Origin: Candidatus Pollutiaquabacter aromativorans | Lineage (GTDB): Bacteria > Bacteroidota > Bacteroidia > AKYH767-A > 2013-40CM-41-45 | Length of the DNA: 64,000 nt | Direction of reading: 5' to 3' | Assembly (NCBI GenBank): GCA_049177215.1 | Contig: CP185379.1 | Coordinates: 1,192,150-1,256,149, forward strand | Part shown: piece after piece, positions 58,011-64,000 of the stretch | Layout of the letters: each line of letters starts with the position of its first letter | How positions within the stretch are numbered: the stretch's first letter is position 1 | The notes under the pieces: model-generated | What the model saw: the letters and a program-made list of their open reading frames with translations, nothing else | Told to the model about the DNA's origin: nothing | Databases searched by the model: none | Translations under genes and position numbers: made by a program

Positions 58011-59003
58011 TCAGGAGTTCCCGCGGGTACTTTGGACCATTTGTCCGACCGTGCTCAGTACATCCGGGAGTTTGGTGCGATCAAGTCCTTTCGTCATGAC
58101 CGTCAACAGGAAAGGCGAGGAGCCAATGTAAACGATGGCCGTCTCGTGTAATTGCTGATCACCTTCGTTAAAGCGTTCGCCGAATTTGTGAGCGACCAAT
58201 TGATCGTTCGGCAACTCTTTCACCAGTCCGATCTTAAAATCGCTACGGCTCAAAAGATCCAGGGCGAATTCGGAAGATGAGGGGAACAGAAAGGTGGAAC
58301 TGTATAATACCCGCATGAACTTGCTTACCTCGAATACATTGACCTGATAGTCCCAGTCCTTCATATCGGGCACCCTAAGCTGTAATGACTCAAACAGCGA
58401 TTTGAAGACTTTAGGATCCACCTCCCGGTTGAGGAGTGCCGTAGCGTCGTTGTTTGAATGGATGATCATCGATTCCAACAATTGGCGAACCGAATAGCTT
58501 TTTCCGGTTTCCATGGGTTTGCTGAAAAGCGTCTGTTCCGGGAGTTCGGAAAAATGTCGCTTCAGCAGGATCTGTTTGTTCAACAGGCCGGGATTCGCCT
58601 CGGCTTGTTTCAATATACATTCCAGGGTAACCAGTTTCATGATACTGCCCGGACTATAACTTTCACCTTCGTTGATGCTGAACCATTGACCGGTGTTCAG
58701 GTCCCTGAAATACACCGCAGCAGAACGAATCAGACCCTTTTGCTTCTGGTCGTCCAGATAGGACATGATGTTACCTTTCAGGGAGGCGTAAACCGGACTT
58801 TCGTTCGGAATATCCACCATGATGAGCGGTTTGGTCAGCTTGTACTGCCCATTCCGGACAAGTTGAACATCGCAAGAGCCTTGAGCGGCCACACGTTCAA
58901 TTACCTTGACGTGCGATTTGACCACCAGCGCCGTGGCGGCCGAAGAAACTGCGATGGCAATGAGTACGAACCCGATGGGAATCCGGGCGTGAAGAAAATT
59001 CAT
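58011..59003 (-). CDS. serine hydrolase, class A beta-lactamase-like
   Basis: N-terminal TM/signal, SxxK (SPGSIMKL), an SxN-like element (HSNND) and a KxG-like element (AHKFGERF). Whether it is a true beta-lactamase or a PBP-like hydrolase cannot be told from sequence alone. Confidence 0.55.
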   Translation of the reverse strand: MNFLHARIPIGFVLIAIAVSSAATALVVKSHVKVIERVAAQGSCDVQLVRNGQYKLTKPLIMVDIPNESPVYASLKGNIMSYLDDQKQKGLIRSAAVYFRDLNTGQWFSINEGESYSPGSIMKLVTLECILKQAEANPGLLNKQILLKRHFSELPEQTLFSKPMETGKSYSVRQLLESMIIHSNNDATALLNREVDPKVFKSLFESLQLRVPDMKDWDYQVNVFEVSKFMRVLYSSTFLFPSSSEFALDLLSRSDFKIGLVKELPNDQLVAHKFGERFNEGDQQLHETAIVYIGSSPFLLTVMTKGLDRTKLPDVLSTVGQMVQSTRGNS

Positions 59004-59117
59004 GGGCGCTTTCTGATAAGGAGTGGCGAATTTACCTTTGTCAAATGGTTCAAACCATGAATTTGGTCAGGATTTGACCAAGACATTCTAGCACTTCACC
59101 GACGGAATCAACCTGTT

Positions 59118-61619
59118 TTGGCTTTTTTACAATACGCTGACATCATCCTGCCGCTTTCGGTGCCCCGGGCCCTGACCTATGGGGTCCCGGAACATCTGGC
59201 GGGTGAGGTCCTGCCGGGCAAGCGGGTCATCGTACCGCTGGGTAGGAACAAGCTATTCTCCGGTGTGGTACGAACCGTCCATGAGCATGCTCCCAGCGGG
59301 GTGGAAGTAAAAGCGATCGCGTCGGTCCTGGATGATCTTCCGGTTGTTCTCGAATCGCAGTTCAGGCTTTGGGAGTGGATTACCGAGTATTACCTCTGCA
59401 ATCCGGGTGATGTACTCACGAGCGCGCTGCCGGCCTCTTTCCGTTTGCAGAGCGAGACTTCCGTTTCGCTGAATCCGGACAAGGATTTTCTCGATGCAGG
59501 ACTTTCAGCGGACGCCTTGACCATTTTGGAACAGGTGAAGGAAGAGGATGAAATTTCCCTGCACGACCTGAACCGACTTTTCCCTGAAAAGGGAATGCCG
59601 AAATTGATCAAGTCGTTGTTGGAGGAGGGTTGGTTGCTGGTGAAGGAGGAGATACAGGAACGCTATAAGCCGCTCCAGGAAGCGCGCATCCGCTTGCGGG
59701 ATGCTTACCGGGACGATGCAGGACTGGAAACTGTTTTCCTCCAACTGGAACAGGATAAAAGGAAAAGCCGGCAACTGGAAACACTCTTGGTTTTTCTGAA
59801 ACTGCGGTTGGATCAAGCCGGGACCGACTATGTCCGGAAATCAGCTTTAACTGCGCATGAGCAGGTCTCCGGTTCCGCGCTTCAAACCCTGATCCGAAAC
59901 GGGATCCTGGAAGAATACGCAGCGGTGATCGACCGCGTCCCTGCATTTTCCGGCAATGTTCAGCCCGTTGCGGAGTTGAGTGAGAACCAACAACTCGCTT
60001 TGCAGCAGATACAAGCGGCCTTGCTGGAGCATCCGGTGGCCTTGCTGCATGGTGTAACGTCGAGCGGAAAGACGGAATTGTACATCCACCTGATTGATGA
60101 ACAGCTTCGGGCTGGTCGTCAGGTATTGTATCTCCTTCCGGAAATCGCGTTAACGACGCAACTGGTGCAACGCTTGCAGCGATATTTCGGAGCAGCCGTA
60201 TCCGTTTACCACTCGCGGTTCAACAGCAATGAACGGGTAGAGGTTTGGAAGCAGGTCCTGCATTTCGATCAGACGGACCAGCAAACTCCGTTTCCGCGAA
60301 AGGGGCAGTTGGTCCTGGGGGCGCGATCGTCCATTTTCCTTCCGTTTTCCCGTTTAGGACTAGTCATCGTCGATGAAGAGCACGATCCTTCCTATAAGCA
60401 ACAAGACCCTGCGCCACGCTATAACGGACGGGACGCGGCGATTGTCCTCGCTGCAGGTCATGGCGGCAAGGTGTTGTTGGGTTCTGCCACGCCTTCCCTG
60501 GAGAGCTACACCAATGCGCGGCAGGGTCGCTATGGATTGATCAACCTGCACGAGCGTTTCGGGGGTATTCGTATGCCGGAGATCAGTGTTGCGGATATCG
60601 CTGACGCTTCCCGGAAGAAACTGATGAAGGCCCACTTCACGCCGGAATTACTCGATGCCGTGCGCAGCGCGTTAGCGAAGGAAGAACAAGTGATCCTTTT
60701 TCAAAACAGGCGCGGCTTTTCATCGTTTCTGGAATGCCGTCATTGTAACTGGATCCCGCATTGCAAGAACTGTTCGGTCACGCTGACCTATCACAAGCAG
60801 CAACACCAGATCAAATGTCACTATTGCGGATATGCCCAGTCGGTGCCTTCGGCTTGTCCGAACTGCGGCGATCATCATATTGAAGTCAGAGGCTTCGGAA
60901 CGGAGCGGATCGAGGAGGAGATTGCCGTGTTCTTTCCGGATCACCGCATCGCTCGCTTCGACCTGGATACTGTCCGAACCAAATCGTCCCTGCATCGGCT
61001 GTTGCATGATTTCTCAGAGCGCCGCATAGACCTGCTTGTCGGGACACAGATGGTCTCGAAGGGTCTGGACTTCGACAATGTCAGTACCGTAGGGATTCTG
61101 GATGCCGACCAGATGCTCAACTTCCCTGACTTCAGGTCTTTTGAGCGCAGCTTTCAGCTGATGTCACAGGTTGCAGGTCGGTCGGGCAGGAGAAGCAAAC
61201 AAGGAAAGGTCATTATCCAGACGCGTAATCCGGGGCATTGGGTCATCCGGGCCGTGATGAATCACGACTATGCTTCCTTTTACCACCAGGACATGGAAGA
61301 GCGGCGCCACTTTGGTTATCCGCCGCATTGCCGACTGGTGTCCTTCACAATCCGTCATCGGGAGGAAGCCCTGACGCATGACGCGGCTACGCGGTTCTGT
61401 ACTTTGTTACGAAACAAATTCGGGTCGCGGGTCCACGGTCCGCATATCCCGGTCGTTCACCGTGTACGGAATCAGTACATCCGCCACATTTTGCTCAAGA
61501 TCGAACGCGAGCAGAAAACCGCGGGCGTTCGTGAGACCATTCGATCCTGCATGCGCGAATTTTACCAGGAGCGGATCTACCATCCGGTCCAGCTTTTTGC
61601 GGACGTTGATCCCGTATAA
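59118..61619 (+). CDS. priA: primosomal protein N' (replication restart helicase PriA)
   Basis: 3'-binding-domain N-terminus, Walker A (GVTSSGKTE), DEEHD and the Cys-rich zinc-binding region (CRHCNWIPHCKNC...CHYCGY...CPNCGD). Confidence 0.9.
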   Translation: MAFLQYADIILPLSVPRALTYGVPEHLAGEVLPGKRVIVPLGRNKLFSGVVRTVHEHAPSGVEVKAIASVLDDLPVVLESQFRLWEWITEYYLCNPGDVLTSALPASFRLQSETSVSLNPDKDFLDAGLSADALTILEQVKEEDEISLHDLNRLFPEKGMPKLIKSLLEEGWLLVKEEIQERYKPLQEARIRLRDAYRDDAGLETVFLQLEQDKRKSRQLETLLVFLKLRLDQAGTDYVRKSALTAHEQVSGSALQTLIRNGILEEYAAVIDRVPAFSGNVQPVAELSENQQLALQQIQAALLEHPVALLHGVTSSGKTELYIHLIDEQLRAGRQVLYLLPEIALTTQLVQRLQRYFGAAVSVYHSRFNSNERVEVWKQVLHFDQTDQQTPFPRKGQLVLGARSSIFLPFSRLGLVIVDEEHDPSYKQQDPAPRYNGRDAAIVLAAGHGGKVLLGSATPSLESYTNARQGRYGLINLHERFGGIRMPEISVADIADASRKKLMKAHFTPELLDAVRSALAKEEQVILFQNRRGFSSFLECRHCNWIPHCKNCSVTLTYHKQQHQIKCHYCGYAQSVPSACPNCGDHHIEVRGFGTERIEEEIAVFFPDHRIARFDLDTVRTKSSLHRLLHDFSERRIDLLVGTQMVSKGLDFDNVSTVGILDADQMLNFPDFRSFERSFQLMSQVAGRSGRRSKQGKVIIQTRNPGHWVIRAVMNHDYASFYHQDMEERRHFGYPPHCRLVSFTIRHREEALTHDAATRFCTLLRNKFGSRVHGPHIPVVHRVRNQYIRHILLKIEREQKTAGVRETIRSCMREFYQERIYHPVQLFADVDPV

Positions 61620-61624
61620 GACGA

Positions 61625-64000
61625 TCACTCCCGGATCAACTGGATCCAGCCTTTCAACTCCTTTGTTTTCGTCTTCATCACGTAATAGTAGACGCCTTCG
61701 TTGGCCAGTTCGCCTCCGGTCGTTTTTCCATCCCATTGAAAATCCGGGTCCGAAGATTCGTAAATGATGCGACCCCAGCGATTGTAGATACGGAACTCGA
61801 AACCGTCGTAATTGCAAAGGTCCTTGACGTAGTAGGTATCGTTCTTGCCGTCATCATCCGGCGTGAACACGTTCGGGATCTTCAATTCGCCCTCGCAGAC
61901 ACGGTACACCACGAGCACGGAATCGATGGCAGAGCAGCCGGAAACTCCGAAGGGAACACTGACATAGTAGTACTGGGTATTGCCCGTGGTCGTGGCGTAG
62001 AACGTCTCGTCATCCAACAGGTCCTGGGTCACCTGACTGGCAGGAGTCCAGTTGTAGGTGTAGGGCGGGTTGTTATTGGGATCGGTGACGAAGACGTGGA
62101 GCGTGTCCTGTTCTCCGTCCGTGACTACGATCGTGTCTTCCAGAATGTCGACACCGATGAGGGACGTGACCTTTACGGTGTCAAAGATCGGTACTGGCAC
62201 ATAACAGAACGACTGGCTGACGGGTAACTGGAATCCGAGATAGAACTGGGGGACGTAGCTTCCATTTCCGGTGTAGGTATGTGAAACAGTGTCGAGTTCC
62301 ACTTCACTGAGAACCGTTCCGTCACCGAAATCCCAAGAGTAGAACGCAGCGCCGGTACTTGTTCCGTTGAACGTGACCGAAAGGGGACTGCATCCGCTAT
62401 CCGGGGCAAACGTGAAACTTCCGGTCGGACCAGGGACCACGATCGCACCGGGCAGGATGACCGTGTCCCGGCAACCGAACTGGTTGAGGACCGTCAGGCT
62501 GACATCGTAGGAGCCTGGCGGAACACTGTAAGCATATTGAACGGTCGATAAGGACGAATTCGGGAAAGCCGTAACGCCTAGATTCCAGGACCAACTTGAT
62601 ACGTAAGCGTTGCTGTCGCTGACGATCGTCGCGTACACCTGAGCCTTCTTGATACCGTTTTCAACCACACAAGTATCGGTCGTGGTGATACTCACGGAGG
62701 CGGGAGTCGTATAAACCTTGATCGTGCGAATTGTTGAATCCGTACAACCGTTGGCATCGGTCACGACGACCGTTACCGGGTAATCGCCATTGGCCGTGTA
62801 GCTGTGCAGTTCATTTGAACTGCCGGACGGCAGGGTGTTCCCATCGCCGAAATTCCACGAATAGGTAAGCGGATTCGCGACATAAGGTCCCGGGTTGACG
62901 CTCATGCCGATCGTTTCGTTGATGCAGGCGTTGGTGTCAATAGGGTTAAAGGCCAGAATCGGTGTGGGCCGGGTAGGTCGGATGTAGTTCGTCAGCGTGA
63001 TCACATCGGTACAGCCGTTCACGTCGGTCACAGTCAGCGTGACATTGTAGTTGCCGGGCGTAGTATAGCTGCTGGTATCGGTTGAATTGGTGGTAACGTG
63101 GGTGTTGCCGTTGCCGAAATTCCAGGACCACTGGGCGATCGCTCCTCCGAAAGTCTGGCTGCTGTCGCGGAAGGTGACGGTCATGGGGGCACAGTCGGTC
63201 AACGGGCTTGCCGTGAAATGCGCGTCCGGGCCTACAATGGCAATCGGAACCTGAGCCGTGTCGATGCAACCGTGAATGTCGGTAATGGAGAGCGTCGCGG
63301 TGTAATTGCCTACGCTATTGTAGAGATGCAGGGTGTCGGCAAAGCGTGTGGTATCACGTACACCCGCGATGCCTTCTCCGAACGTCCACTGGTATTGGTT
63401 GGCGTCCTGCGAGCCGCTTCCGGTGAAATAGATGGTTCCCGGATAACAGGCTTGCTGAGTATTCACCACAGCATTGGCGATCGGTTCACGAATCTGCGCG
63501 ACCAGGGTCGTTTCCACCACACATCCGTTGTCGGCGTTGGTCGCTTCGAGCGTTACGGGATAATTGGTGTTGTCAGGAAAAACGTGGGTAGGGCTCGTCT
63601 GCGTCGATAGGCCGGAACCGTCCGCGAAGTCCCAGGAGTAGGATGTGGCTCCGCCGGATGTATTGGTGAACGCGACGGAATAAGGGTTGGCGCAATTGTA
63701 CGTGATCGTGAAAGCGGGAATCGGCCCCAGTACGACGATTTGATCCTGGAGGACAAACGTATCGGGACAGCCGTTATAAAATGCGATCAGGGTGATGTCG
63801 AAAGGATCGGAGACTCCGGAAGTGTCCATGTTGAACTGATGGCTGGGGTTCTGCGTAGTACTGGAACCACCATCACCGAAGTTCCACAACCAGCCGGTAA
63901 CAGGTGGCAGGGAGGCGTCGAGGAAAGAGACCGTTTCCTTGAAGCAAATGGTATCGATCGGAGAAGTAATTCCTGCTGTCGGGCGGGTACCGACACGGAT
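61625..64000 (-). CDS. large PKD-repeat adhesin with T9SS type-B ('gliding-motility-associated') C-terminal domain; partial, N-terminus beyond window end
   Basis: Multiple PKD units (WNFGDG motif) and a C-terminal ...PNVFTPDDDGKNDTYYV...YNRWGRIIYESSD... type-B CTD. The frame is open to position 64000; the ORF-track start at 63889 is a TTG. Confidence 0.75.
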   Translation of the reverse strand: MRVGTRPTAGITSPIDTICFKETVSFLDASLPPVTGWLWNFGDGGSSTTQNPSHQFNMDTSGVSDPFDITLIAFYNGCPDTFVLQDQIVVLGPIPAFTITYNCANPYSVAFTNTSGGATSYSWDFADGSGLSTQTSPTHVFPDNTNYPVTLEATNADNGCVVETTLVAQIREPIANAVVNTQQACYPGTIYFTGSGSQDANQYQWTFGEGIAGVRDTTRFADTLHLYNSVGNYTATLSITDIHGCIDTAQVPIAIVGPDAHFTASPLTDCAPMTVTFRDSSQTFGGAIAQWSWNFGNGNTHVTTNSTDTSSYTTPGNYNVTLTVTDVNGCTDVITLTNYIRPTRPTPILAFNPIDTNACINETIGMSVNPGPYVANPLTYSWNFGDGNTLPSGSSNELHSYTANGDYPVTVVVTDANGCTDSTIRTIKVYTTPASVSITTTDTCVVENGIKKAQVYATIVSDSNAYVSSWSWNLGVTAFPNSSLSTVQYAYSVPPGSYDVSLTVLNQFGCRDTVILPGAIVVPGPTGSFTFAPDSGCSPLSVTFNGTSTGAAFYSWDFGDGTVLSEVELDTVSHTYTGNGSYVPQFYLGFQLPVSQSFCYVPVPIFDTVKVTSLIGVDILEDTIVVTDGEQDTLHVFVTDPNNNPPYTYNWTPASQVTQDLLDDETFYATTTGNTQYYYVSVPFGVSGCSAIDSVLVVYRVCEGELKIPNVFTPDDDGKNDTYYVKDLCNYDGFEFRIYNRWGRIIYESSDPDFQWDGKTTGGELANEGVYYYVMKTKTKELKGWIQLIRE

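Noticed and set aside
1-64000. CRISPR arrays, rRNA genes, IS elements/transposases
   Set aside because: No regularly spaced direct repeats with unique spacers, no rRNA-like conserved stretches, and no transposase/integrase-like ORFs were seen anywhere in the window.

Overview
This window is a GC-rich (about 55-60% by eye) chromosomal segment from a Bacteroidetes genome that glides and uses the type IX secretion system (T9SS). The lineage call rests on gldF/gldG, at least six T9SS C-terminal-domain cargo genes, SprB/PKD/SBBP repeat adhesins, and tRNA promoters with the Bacteroidetes TTTG/TAnnTTTG consensus. Most of the window is housekeeping: CoA-transferase, deoD, mnmE, sucD, fabG, S9 peptidase, two tRNA-Leu, dnaN, gldFG, phoH, purC, rsmB-like, clpS, tRNA-Arg, glmM, cysteine desulfurase, an ECF sigma/anti-sigma pair, split transketolase, hslR, priA. 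The standout region starts immediately 3' of tRNA-Arg(ACG). It is a visibly AT-rich, roughly 11.6 kb integrase-less island (about 35.66-47.3 kb). It carries an EcoEI-like Type I restriction-modification operon in the order hsdM-hsdS-X-Y-hsdR, where X and Y sit between hsdS and hsdR and are translationally coupled to them by 4-nt overlaps. X is a TcmP-like (three-Cys-motif partner) protein and Y is a phage Gp37/Gp68 (DUF5131) three-Cys radical-SAM-like protein. The hsdS-X-Y block is more AT-rich than hsdM and hsdR, an FRG-domain gene follows, and two T9SS cargo genes flank the operon. This looks like a candidate uncharacterised defence or DNA-modification module riding inside a Type I R-M system. 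Other notable items are a 2018-aa TPR/PD40/coiled-coil/3xSPOR giant protein, three adjacent heptamer tandem arrays between sucD and fabG, and three apparent +1/-1 frameshifts (mnmE, an M48 peptidase, hsdS), all at short homopolymers. Those could be sequencing errors, genuine pseudogenes or, for hsdS, a phase-variation switch. No CRISPR, rRNA, transposase or integrase was seen.
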